Assembly: GCF_004010195.1 (NCBI RefSeq)
Contig: NC_057719.1
Coordinates: 26,571,537-26,635,536, forward strand
Source: Chiloscyllium plagiosum
Lineage: Eukaryota
Length of the DNA stretch: 64,000 nt
Direction: 5' to 3'
Made by a program: the position numbers and the translations under genes. Below are positions 52,442-64,000 of the stretch, piece after piece; position 1 is the stretch's first letter, and every line of letters starts with the position of its first letter. A model generated the notes under the pieces. That model made no database searches, was not told where the DNA came from, and worked only from the letters and a program-made list of their open reading frames with translations.

Positions 52442-52533
52442 GTAGGTTTCACAAATAATTCCCAATGAATACTCTTTTTCACAAAGAATGCTAAATTGGG
52501 TTGATCTTAAAATATTTGTCCTGTATGCTTCAG

Positions 52534-52584
52534 GTCGTCAGGGGTTTACTGAAGTTTTGGCCAAAAACCTGCAGTCAAAAAGAG
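52534..52584 (+). CDS. PPP2R5E: B56 epsilon-type coding exon (51 nt)
   Basis: cttcag|GTCGTC...AAAGAG|gtaagt; VVRGLLKFWPKTCSQKE; follows a 92-nt intron. Confidence 0.94.
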
Positions 52585-53099
52585 GTAAGTATACAATTTG
52601 AACCTACACCTTTTTAAATATGTCTAAAGGAAAGTGTAGGCTGCAACGATAAATGGTGAAAAATGCTAATTACAAAACTTAAAAACTGTTCACTGTTATC
52701 ATTCAGCTTCTTCCTTAGCACTCAAGTGCTTGACTGCACTGATTATCTTCAGAATTGTTTCTATTAAAAATTCTGTTTGCTGCTGAAGTTACTACATTCA
52801 AGAAGTTCTTAAAAACATCTTTTTTGTTTTTGTTGATCATATAGAAGAAAGGATCTAATAACAAACACTCCTAAATATTTATTAGGATGTCACAACGAAG
52901 TACTTACAATCTCATAATTACAAAAGAGAATTAAAGGTCTAAAATGCCATGAAACAAATTATTTTCTTGAATCTTTTGTGGAAAATCTGTTGTGAGAATG
53001 CTAAGATGTGGGTTTTCTAAATAGATTGCTGCTGTTTCACATAATACTGATGTTTGAATGTCTGTTTTAAAATTGTGAAAATATTTAACTAGCTTCCTT

Positions 53100-54970
53100 C
53101 TGTAAGAATGGAAGAATCCGTTAGAAGCAAGGAATCTTTGAATGGTTGCAGCGCAGCAACCCATTTAGCCCATTGTCTGCATTGGCAATCTGAAGGAACA
53201 ATTCATGAAGTATCAGGTTCTCTCCTCCCATCTTTCCTACCCCCCCACAAACCTTACCTTTTTTTTTTTCAATTAATTCCATTCACTTCCTAATCTCTTG
53301 ATTAAACTGATTTTCATAATGGCTGTAATACCTCTGCATCCTTCATAAAGTGTGGTATCCAGAAATTAATAGTATCAACTAGAATATTATATTATGGACC
53401 AGGCCAGACCCCTCTCAACATTTCTAGAATGTAGCCCAGACCCTAACCATTACTTGATTTAAGCAAGTGTACAGTGGATATTCCAGGAGAGAATCAGCTG
53501 GTCAGACTATTTAGTTTTAAACAAAACAGAATTTATTTACAAGATTACTGAATGAAATACACAGCACAGAAAATATAATACCAAAATAACTTATCCTATC
53601 CGAACACGACAGGTTATCCTGACGTAATGATGCTGTTTGAAAATACTTGCAACAATCCCAATAAACACTCCTTTGCACAGCAGGTAAAAATGAAACAAAG
53701 GCTCACAGGTTTGGAGTTAGAAGAAAGAGTGGCAGCTGCTTCACACACACCTACTGCTGCTAAACTGCCAGAGCTGCTGATCTGGCCACTCCCCTTTTAA
53801 TTATACAAGTCTTTTATTAAACTTGAAAGCGTACTGCCTGAGACAGTATCTGTTATTTGTAAACAAATGGCCCTAAAATCTATCCAGACTCTGACTTTTC
53901 AGAGTCTGGGCCATTTACAACCTCTCTGAACAAAATCAAGGATGACATAACCAGAATGAACAGCCTTGTAACAATACCAAACTAGTGTATTACACCTATA
54001 TAAAACAACTTCTTTGTTTTTATATTCGGCCACTATTTATAAACCTGGAATATTATGTGCTTTATTAACTGTCTCTCAACCTGTTCTGCCATTTTTGGTG
54101 AAATCTGCATATAAACATCCATGTCCCTCTGTTCCTGCATCCCCTTTTGAAATGTAACCTTGCTTTTATTATGTTTCTCAATGGCATTCCTCCACAACAG
54201 ATTACTTGATACTTCTCAAAGTTAAGTATCTTTGCCATGTGCACATACATTTCACCACCCTTTGGCGTTTTTAGGTTCTACACTATCCTGTCGATCTACA
54301 GTGCTTCCAAGTTTAATATTATCTGCAAATTTTCATGTATTTGACATTTAGATCATTTTAGATTTATATGTGCGCATCTTCATTTGGAAGAGCAGAGTAC
54401 TGATAACTAGCTCTTAGGGTGCTCCAGTATGCATTCTCCTCCAGTTGTAAAACAACTGTTAACCGCTACTTTGTTTCCTGTTTCTCAGTCAATTTCTATA
54501 TTGCTACTGTCCTTTTTATTTCATGGGCTCAAACTTTGCTCACAAGTAGTTATATGGCAAATTATCAAATGCTGTTTGGAACTCCTATGCATATCACCTG
54601 TAACACATTCATCAATGCATTTGGTTAAAAAAAATCAAGCAATTTAGTCTTGCTATTTTCCAGTAACAAATCTGTGCCAGCTTTCCGTAATCAGCATTTA
54701 ACCAAGTAGCTGTTAACTTTGTCCCAGATTATAATTTCCAAAATTTTAACCAGCTCTGAGGTTAAACTGACCAAACTGTAGATGCTGGATTCATCTTTAC
54801 ACCCTTATGTAAATATGGCACACGTTGAAATTCTCCAGTCTTCTCATACCGTGCTTCACTCTGAAGAGTAGTGGAAAATTATGGCCAGTACCTCTCTTTC
54901 CACTCTCTTACAGCAATGTCCCTGGATGCATTTAATCTGAACCCGGTGCCTTATCAACTTTAAGTACAAA
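53100..54970 (-). mobile_element. Very old CR1 fragment interrupted by an LTR-like insertion
   Basis: attatctgcaaattt (KFADN on minus strand), gaggttaaactgacc...gtag (YRPVSLTS-like); highly decayed. Confidence 0.6.
53390..53973. mobile_element. Probable solo LTR (about 585 bp)
   Basis: Ends tattatg.../...gtaaca resemble TGTTA..TAACA termini; non-coding; interrupts a CR1; no clean TSD. Confidence 0.5.
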
Positions 54971-57449
54971 CAGTCCATCTAATACTATCTGCACAACATT
55001 TTACAATTGTTCACATAGTCCTCTTGTAGTTAAATATTACCCCATCAGTAATACCCTTTCCAACTTCCTAATATGATCGCTGGAGTTTGTAACTCTGACT
55101 TCTGTTCTTTTCTCTTGACAGTTTTTCACAATTCTGTATATCCATAGCAGCCAATATTATGGAAGTAATTTCAGAATAGTTTAACCGATTAGAACTGCCA
55201 ATAATGTGGCTATAATTTCCATTATTTGTAAAGTAACCTGATTGATTTAATTGAAATGCATGTCTTGGGGCAGACTGCAGTACATGATTGGTTCATACAG
55301 ATAAATGAGCATTGACCACATTAGTTTGGCTTTTTGATATTAGCTTGGATGTGAACTGATATAATATGAAATTAAAGCTTGAAGTGGAGAATAGCTAGCA
55401 GAGAAATTCTGACATAAATCTATTAATTTAAATGTGCAGTCTCATTTTCTAATGAAAACCTAATGCTGATGACAGATTCTGGTATGCTATGACCAATTTT
55501 CATGTTTAATGTATAAATATTCATTTTTGTTTCCAAATTTATAATTTTAAAGTTTTGAGGCATTTGGTTTCATTTTGAGTGAACCTATAAGCTTTGCTTC
55601 ATAGAAACTTGCACTTTTTTTTCAAACTTCATTTCATTTCATAGGTTTGTGCCTTAAAATTGTTTTTCTAAAATAAAAACATGTCCTGGTGTCACAACTT
55701 CCATCTGTTCCGACTTCCCCATTGCATGGTGAGATCATCTATGTTCTGTGTGTCAGGTATGATTGACAGCCAGTCATCTCTGACACTGAACCAATCATAT
55801 TCCAGGTTTCCAAGTCAGAATATGGGGACAGGCATTCCTGCTTATTCGGGTCACAGCAGCACCCCAAGACTTTGACAAAATAATGATCCTGGTGAAGTAG
55901 TAAGACTGCTTATTACTTTTCTTTTCTGCATCATGAGCAGTAGAATTTTCTAAATTAACCATGTAGGACATTTGAATAAATCATCTGTAAAACTATCAAA
56001 TCTGTAATGTGCTTGTCCAGATTTGTGCTGTAGAACATGTGTTTTTGAGCGATTCTATTTAAATTCTTGGTCTGTTGATAAACTATTGTGTGAAAGCAAG
56101 GTAAAATGCATATACTCAGCTTTTACTATTACTATTTAAGACCCAATTTATAATTGGCAATGATTAATGAAGATTTATTTTGGAACTTTCAACTCCAGCA
56201 ATGTCAAAATGGGTAATATAGATTTGACCACCTGCGATGATCCTGTGCAATTGTCTCTCAGGGTTGAGTGGCTAATTCACTCCTACCCATTTCCTGCTTC
56301 TGTCACAGTTGAAAATTCCATTCATTTTGAAAAGTACTTTAGGTTTCATTTCAAATTTAGTAGAAGCAATATTTAGAGATCTGGTATGCAAAGATGGATC
56401 ATGGGGTATTATGTCCTTAATTGTTGAAGTTTTCTAATGAGTTATACTTCTTTTGTTACAGGTTTCACAATAATGCAATAATTTCAAAGTGTTATATTTT
56501 AAGACGTCATGTTAGAGAACTCAATGATACAGAAATAATGCTCTTAAGTGCTTCCACTATAGAATGAAATGAAATTGTTAGATTAGTATGATTTTCTTTT
56601 TTAAAAAAAACTTTGGATTTCATTGAAAGAAGATTCTTTAAATGGGCAATAAACATAGATGATTTTTTTATTTTGTACATATTTTTGTTAATACCTAGCT
56701 CTTAGATCAATAAAACTTGAGATTAAAATAAATTTGCCAATGTGACAAAATGAAGATTGACTAAAGAGATGCTTTATTAGCATGTCATGAATTTTACTTG
56801 TAAAATGTCTTATGATTATGAATTAGCAAACAAAAAACAATATTTTATTAGTCTAATAGGATGTTATTCCTGAAATTATACACACTGAATGTCAACATAA
56901 GTTTAAGCTATTGATATATTAAAAGAATAAAATGATACTTTGGAATAATTCAAATGCTAAATAAGATGAAAGCTATGATATTCTGGAGTCCCCAACATCT
57001 CTGCTATTACAAGCATGGAATGGAATTGTTCAGATCAAATCATGATTTACATTTCTGGCCTGTGCTGAGGTAGCTGGTGATGGTCAATAGTAGTAAGGGT
57101 ATCATGGTACTTCACCTCTTAGTTTCTGGGCTCGACTGGGGAAATAGCAACCACTATTAGTGTGAGAAGTGAATGTTGGACAAGGAGATGTTTAGGCTCC
57201 ACATAATGAAACAAATTGTCATGAAGTTGAGCAGAGTGTTACTGAGATTTATCGAATGTTACCTTTTGATTAGTGAATACTTTCAGGAGATGTGATTAGG
57301 AAACCAGATTAAGAAATGGATTCAAATATACAGAATTTGCAGAAGCATTGATATGCTAAATTACAGGTCCACAAGGTTAAGTGACTTATGTTGAGAACAT
57401 CATAAATGTTAAAATATTTTGTGAAAATTATTGCTTTATTTCATACTAG

Positions 57450-57569
57450 GTCATGTTCCTTGGGGAGTTGGAGGAAATCTTGGATGTTATTGAACCTGTA
57501 CAATTTGTAAAAATTCAGGACCCACTCTTCAAACAAATTTCCAGATGTGTTTCCAGCCCTCATTTTCAG
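57450..57569 (+). CDS. PPP2R5E: B56 epsilon-type coding exon (120 nt)
   Basis: tactag|GTCATG...TTTCAG|gttaga; [40 protein letters not shown]. Confidence 0.95.
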
Positions 57570-60380
57570 GTTAGAAGTTGCTTCTTGTGCTATCGGTGGA
57601 AACAATATTGCCATTAGCACGCCACAGTTTTGGGATTTTGACATGAATTATTTTTTCTCCATACAACAGAAGTATGTTCAATCTGCTAGTGTAATAAATT
57701 AATTTATTGAGTTAGGGGTGTTTGGAAATAAATGACAATAAATATTTTTTTTCTTTATTTCATATATTAGATATTTAAAAATTCTTAAAGGTCCAGGAAG
57801 AAAATTTGAGAATCAGGTTAAACCTGCTACTTCATCTTTTCAGCTAGTATTTGTCTCTTGACGATTGTAGTATTGTAATGTTTGTTATTTTTGCTGCCCT
57901 CCAGTTTAATTTGTTTACAAAAATTGTAGCCTATACCTTGACCTGCTTTCCTACTTACTGTCGACATTTTTATTAAAAATGCATACATTTGGAACATTTT
58001 TTAAAATAACATTTTAAATAAAAATCATAATTAAGAAAAAGAACAGCAATGCTATGCCACTAAATTTCTGATCACTACCGAGAAGTCCCAATACTTAAAA
58101 AAAAAAGTTTTGAAATTAATTAGTCTCTGGAGTTTTTGGTAAGTTTTCTTGAAGTGCCTGCAATAATCTTGGAAGTCCTGTTTGCTAGGTTCTTTAATAC
58201 CAACACATGATTATTTAACTGTATTCTATGTTTGTTCATTGGGAGCATGGGTGCTGAGTTGGATGATCATACTGAATAGCGGACAAGGTACTCCTTCTAT
58301 GAATGGTTTCTATTTCAATTTGTTGCATACATACATTTGAAAACCCATTAACAGCAGATTAAATTAAGATTAGCATTCTCTCCATTTCAATTAAAATATT
58401 CTTTATATCACAATATACCTGCTTGGCTCCACAGCCTGAATTGTGTACCAATCATTATTTCAACTATTTTGTAGCACATGGTCTACAGGAAGCTGAAGAA
58501 GCACCGGTTAAATATGTATAGAATTCATTTTTTTCAAACATAAAGTTTAATAAGAAATGGTATATACATTAATTGCAGCATCACATTCCTACTTTCACAC
58601 TGCAAAGTAATCTTGATTTTGCATAATGCAGATATTTGCTTTTGTCTGAACTTAGGTCTCTTTCCTGGTGCAAGAACATTGAGTTTAGCACCTTGACATG
58701 GGATGAAATAAATCCTTAAACCCTGCATCTCAACACTTCCCCAAGGAGATAATTAGCATTTTATGATCAGAAATTTAGATCTGGATATCAATCAAATTGA
58801 ATTGACTTGCCGAACTGTTTAACATTCCTAGCCCAGGTTGAAGTTGAACTTGAGTATAGCAATTCTCCATTAGGTTACTTATGAATTGTTGAGTGAATGA
58901 AGAAAAGTTTTTGTCAAATCATTCCAGAAGTCAGCCCATAAATTATAAGCTAACTACTATTAATTAGCTACAATTATCATTTTATATTTCAAGGGTATAC
59001 AAAACTGAATAGCTTGGTGTGTTACCTATTTTAAAATGAACAATTGAGGTTTTTAATAATGAGTATGAGGTTGTGACATTAATTCAATAGTTTCAATGAA
59101 TTCAGTCATGCACCACTTAATTTATAGTTTAATTTATGAAATTATGCAAGACTGAGTGGAATTAGGATTAAACTCCCTAAGTATATCAGATTAACAACAT
59201 TGGATAGACTGTCTGTTGAATAGATGAAATCCAAACGTGGATGGTTAATGATGCTTCTGGTGTGGTAAAGTTGAACTGATTTTCCAATACCATTAGGATG
59301 TTGGCATTCGTGAGAAGTGATTCACACTGAAAGAGATGAACTTCTGTAATGTCACCCAGTACCAATACCCAGATATGCCAAAATGACTGTAAAGTTTCAT
59401 TCATCATCTTATTTAAAAAAAAAATCCAACAGTGGTATGGGCATGGCATATTTACATTCCATTATTTCTAGTCTATGGCATGCACCATATCAACAAAATT
59501 GAATAACATTAGTTTGACTAAAGCTTTTTTTGTGTTTCAATTAGGTTTGATTTCCCCAACAATTTTCAGCATTTGCTTTAACTACTGGCTTTATTAGATA
59601 CTTGTAAATAGAAATTCTGTATTGGGAACATACTTCTCAAGTGTTAACACTAATGAATCTCTCATGCTTGAAAGGCTGATCTGCAATTGCTACTTCCCCG
59701 TGTCTATGCCCATGAGATTACATTAAGCCAAAAACTACCCTATGTCAACTTGACGAGGCCATTGTAGGCAGTGTGTGCTGATGAATGTCAACAGTCTGAT
59801 CTCACAATTTAAAAAAAAACAAAACTGTGGGCAAGTTCTACTTTTGAAAGTTGTTTTAGTTCCTGATTGAAGCATAGGAGATCACCTAGTAATGAGAACA
59901 AATACTGACTGTCTGTCTGTAGAGTGTGCTCTGTATTATTGCGCAGATCTCAGAAAGGCATTATAGCTTTAAGTCAGCTGGCTGACACCACACATGACTT
60001 TCGAATAAGAAGTCTCCATTTTGGTCTCTAAATTGTCAGTTGCTGGTTGGTCTGTTACCAAACAGTAAGGAAGTTCACAGTGTATATAATATAATGTAAT
60101 AGTAATCTAAGTTGGCACGTAACCCAGAGTGTAAATGCAAACCTAAATTATCATACTAGTGTGCAAGTTCATTGTTAAATTTCCAAGTATCTGCCTAATT
60201 AGGACCCTGACTCTTTGTGGTATGTTAGTTGAGCTGATAACATGCAGCACATCATGCTTGGCATCAAATGGTTGCATCTCTCCGCATTGAAATATTTGTC
60301 ATCCTAGTGCTTGTGTTAGTTCAGAGCACTACAAAAATTTTAAATATTGCTGTAAATCTAATTGTTTTTCTTCCCTAAAG

Positions 60381-60508
60381 GTGGCTGAAAGGGCACTTTA
60401 TTACTGGAACAATGAATACATTATGAGTCTCATAGAAGAGAACTCTGCTGTCATCCTGCCCATCATGTTTCCCAGCCTGTATAGAATCTCTAAAGAACAT
60501 TGGAATCC
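60381..60508 (+). CDS. PPP2R5E: B56 epsilon-type coding exon (128 nt)
   Basis: ctaaag|GTGGCT...GAATCC|gtatgt; [42 protein letters not shown](P). Confidence 0.95.
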
Positions 60509-60867
60509 GTATGTATTTTTTCATTTGGAATGGAAATATTTGTTACCTTGGAGAATTTTATTTTTTCTGTGTACTTTCTGTAATTCAGCAATGACTCTGC
60601 TGAGATTATTCCTGTCTAACTACATTTAACTTTCGAATTGCTCACTTCTACAAGTAATGCTCAAGCTTCTACAGATTTCATTGGTGAACTCATCCAGCTT
60701 TTAATTTAGCTTCCCACATGTCTCTGACAAACCTGCCTGCTGCTCCTGTTAGCTTATGAATTTTGTCAAAGTTATTAATGGCTGACGCCATGGTGTCCTT
60801 GAGGCTGAACAGCTAGCAGGTCTCCAGTTCTACGAGATTAAGCAAACCACATTGTTTCTTCCTTGGC

Positions 60868-61750
60868 TAGGGCGTGCCTGTGATGTGCTCAATAGAATGT
60901 GCCTTCGACTCTAAATTGAGGCAGAGTACCCACTGAAGTGTCAGTATTGAGTTGGAGGGTGAAGGAGGCTGGTGATTCCTCTGAGAGATTTGTGACTTCT
61001 TCCTCAGAATTGGAAGTGATTGTGTTGGCTGGAGTGGGTCCGCTATCCTCTGGGTCCAGACCATGCAGGTGCTATTACTGCATGCAGATGGCATGAGTAT
61101 GCTGGTGTATTCAGCAAACATGACCATGTCGGTAAAGAGCACCCCTGCTGTTGATACTGAATCTTGCATGGTTGCTGGCACATGAGCAGTTTCTATCCCC
61201 TCTTACAAGCTCAAGGATCCTCTCCTGTGGAGTGAGGCAATGAATAATGGACATCCCATTACCTATCTTGGCTTTCAGCCCTATGATGGGTTGTTTTCTC
61301 TTGGAATGAGTCAACGGGAGAGATTAAGTAAAACGAAAATAGCTGACACAGCTGTTAACTATTGGTATGGATGGATGAAAGCTGTCCAGACGAGTCAAAA
61401 GTGCAGAGGACAGGAGGAGTTAGTAGCCTGACGGAATGGGGTGGATGAGAGCTCTTGAAAGATGTTCCGTGCGATGGTGAAAGTCATAAACCATCAGTCT
61501 TAGCAGAGATGTGTGCAGGAGCAGCATTAGTGAGAGCGTAGCAGAAAGCGGATGGTGACCTTTGTGAAGGGCGGGAGGCTATTAATCTGTCTTGCCCTCC
61601 TGGCAAGCGCTGACCGAGTAGCAACTTTGTACATGCTTGCAAGGTCTGGTGCCATGGTCTTTGCTGGTAGTCCTGAGAAAAGGTGTTGCCTCTCCAGTCC
61701 ACAGCCTTGTCCACAAGAACCTCTGGGTCTTCGTCAGCAAATCAGGGTGT
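60868..61750 (-). mobile_element. Decayed RTE-like LINE fragments
   Basis: Loose peptide similarity only (NTFS..RPWHQ; MFAE; NHQPPSP) to RTE EN/RT regions. Confidence 0.35.
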
Positions 61751-61769
61751 ACTATAATTATGAAGGGCT

Positions 61770-62330
61770 ATTCCTGGCTTGCAGTATTTGAACTGGTGCA
61801 AAGCTGGAATTTAGGCCCCAAATCTAAAGGAGGAGAGGGTCCAGAGGAGTTTTACAAGAATGATCCTGGGGATGAAGAGCTTGTCATGTGAGAAGTGATT
61901 GAAGACTTTGGTGAAAGTGAGGACTGCAAATGCTGGAGATCAGAATTGAGAGTGTGGTGCTGGAAAAACACAGCATCCAAGGAGCAGGAGAATGGGTCTA
62001 ATATTCAATGGAATTTAGGAAGATGAGGGGGGATCTCATTGAAACTTAAAAAAGACTGAGGGGCCTGAATAGAATAGACGTGGAGAAGATGTTTCCATTA
62101 GTGAGAGAGACCAGGACCTGAGGGCACAGCCTCAGTCCAGGGACAATCCTTTAGAACTGAGATAAAGAGGAATTCCTTTGACCAGAGTATTTAAGACAGA
62201 AATTGTAAGGGATTCAAGATGTTTGGGGAGAAGGCACGAGAATGGAGTTGAGAAACTTATCAGCCATGATTCAATGGCAGAGCAGACTCAAGGAGCTAAT
62301 GGTCTAATTCTGCTCCTATATCTTATGGCC
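61770..62330 (+). mobile_element. CR1 3' fragment with a family A-like insertion at about 61912-61992
   Basis: gagggtccagaggagttttacaagaatgatcc; tail tcagccatgattcaatggcagagcagactc; insert aaagtgaggactgcaaatgctggagatcag. Confidence 0.75.
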
Positions 62331-62857
62331 TTAATTTTGACACCAGTAACAAGAAACCCTTAAGTCCCAACAATGGTGAGTACTTTGGCTCCTGCTGAAT
62401 GCAGTGTAAAGCAAGAGCAGTGCAGTGGGGACATGGTGCATGATTAATTAGGTGAGCAGTATAACATTTACATGAGAAAATACTCTAGAGTTCATGGAGA
62501 GAAGCCTTCCATGAAACACTCAGAAATTGACAGCCAACATTTGGGAATATTCAGAACATTATGCTTGACTTATCATCTGTTCCAATTTGAAAAATTATGC
62601 TATTTACTTTAAACCTTCTGTGTTCAAGTCTCTTTTGATTTGAACAATGTGTAGACATGTGTAATTTAAGATATTATTTTACTGAATTTTCCTCCCTGCC
62701 TTAATTTCAAGCATTTTTTCTCGTAATAAATAAATTGGTTATAAACAATCTCTGTAAATACATTTGTTTAAATGTACTGACATTTGTCCCCTAATGTTCT
62801 ATTTTTCAGTTTTGTATGTAGCAGATCTAACCATACTAGAGGGAATCTGATAACTAC

Positions 62858-63100
62858 TGTTGCGCGAGGCATCCGGGTTTGATTTCAGCCTCTGGTGACT
62901 GTGTAAACTCCACACAGACATTCTCTGTGTCCATCTGTGTGGATTTCCTCCTACAGTCCAAAGATGTGCAGGCTCGATGGATTAGCCATAAGAAATACAG
63001 GGTTAAAAGGATAAGGTAGAGAAGTGGGATACTCTTTGGAGGGTCGGTATGGACTTGATGGGCTGAATAGTCTGTTTCCACACTTTAGGGAATCTGTGAT
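62858..63100 (+). mobile_element. Degenerate HE1-like SINE
   Basis: cagtccaaagatgtgcaggc...gagggtcggtatggacttgatgggc...tgtttccacactttagggaatct. Confidence 0.75.
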
Positions 63101-63256
63101 TCAATGCTAGTTTATATTAATTTCTGGTAATCACTTCAGTTTATCAGCATATTTTCAATACTGAAGTAGCCAATTTTTTTCTTTTTTTGTTGCAGCATGT
63201 TGTGGTTCATGGCAACTTGGTCAAAACGTTCTCTAAGCATTGGTCTGTTTTTGCAG

Positions 63257-63358
63257 GGCAATTGTCGCTTTAGTCTACAATGTACTGAAGGCTTTTATGG
63301 AAATGAACAGCCCATTATTTGATGAGCTCACAGCAACATACAAGTCGGATCGCCAAAA
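63257..63358 (+). CDS. PPP2R5E: B56 epsilon-type coding exon (102 nt), probably penultimate
   Basis: ttgcag|GGCAAT...CCAAAA|gtaaga; (P)[33 protein letters not shown]; terminal exon not seen in window. Confidence 0.94.
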
Positions 63359-64000
63359 GTAAGATCTTAACTGTCTTTTAATATGGCATTGATCAATTAA
63401 TAATATAGGACTTTCCTTACAACAATCATCTTAATTTTATCATACAAAAGCCTGTCCCTATATTTTGGGCTTTAATGTTTACCTTGAGAGACACTAATAA
63501 TAACTTACTCAAAAATATTGGTAACAAATCTGAAAGGAAGATTATGGCAAGTATTTCAAGACTACAAAAACACTGCAGCAGGACAAAGCTAAAATGCCTG
63601 GTTTGGACACTTAAACTATTTCCTATTAACACAAGCACAGGCATAAAATAGGTTTTGTAATATATTCTCTTTTATGATTGACCACTTGCTTCAGCGAATA
63701 AAATAATGAAACTAAAAATTGAAATGCAAATTTATATAACTTGGAGGAAAAAAGTCATTTATATTCTTCAATAATCTCCCTACCCACCTCATGAACTGTA
63801 AAAATTGGTGAGAAAATGTGATACCCTTTAATTTCTTTGTTCGTGAATTTTGGCTGCTGATATCACAATGCCGTCACAGTTTAAAGGGCTGAGGCATTCT
63901 GTTGCTTGCATCTCCCTGGATGGCAGTGGTGTCACTCTGTTGTACAAATCAAAATTCTCAATTTTCACCCATGCTGACAGCCTCATTTCATTAGGGTTAA

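Noticed and set aside
60509..60520. Possible U12-type intron donor (gtat...)
   Set aside because: Sequence is gtatgtattt, not the U12 consensus RTATCCTT.
60381..60629. ORF continuing past the exon into a hydrophobic tail
   Set aside because: B56 homology ends at the gtatgt donor (60509) and resumes in phase at 63257; the extension is AT-rich intron with no independent support.

Overview
Eukaryotic (vertebrate) genomic DNA, most likely from a shark or other cartilaginous fish (inferred from HE1-like SINEs and CR1/HER1-like LINEs). The whole window lies inside one + strand gene, a PP2A B56 regulatory subunit of the epsilon type (PPP2R5E or a close paralog). Eleven internal coding exons (22078-63358, 1147 nt, GT-AG introns) splice into one open frame. 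The first and last coding exons were not found and probably lie outside the window. The introns are packed with nested retroelements: many CR1 LINEs (some with ORF1 SGNH esterase remnants), tRNA-derived SINEs that share the LINE 3' tail, a decayed two-LTR Gmr1-type (integrase-before-RT) Gypsy element filling one intron, and at least three families of Penelope-like (GIY-YIG) elements. The most striking pattern is that the Penelope-like insertions repeatedly appear as fold-back units with 11-16 bp target-site duplications, a 30-40 nt tail on one arm only, and minimal hammerhead-ribozyme cores. Two well-preserved cores are in sense orientation in the same intron of the host pre-mRNA. There are two assembly gaps (31624-31712 and 43179-43901). 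Repeat family names and comparisons to human protein come from memory, not from searches, and repeat boundaries are approximate unless a TSD is quoted.
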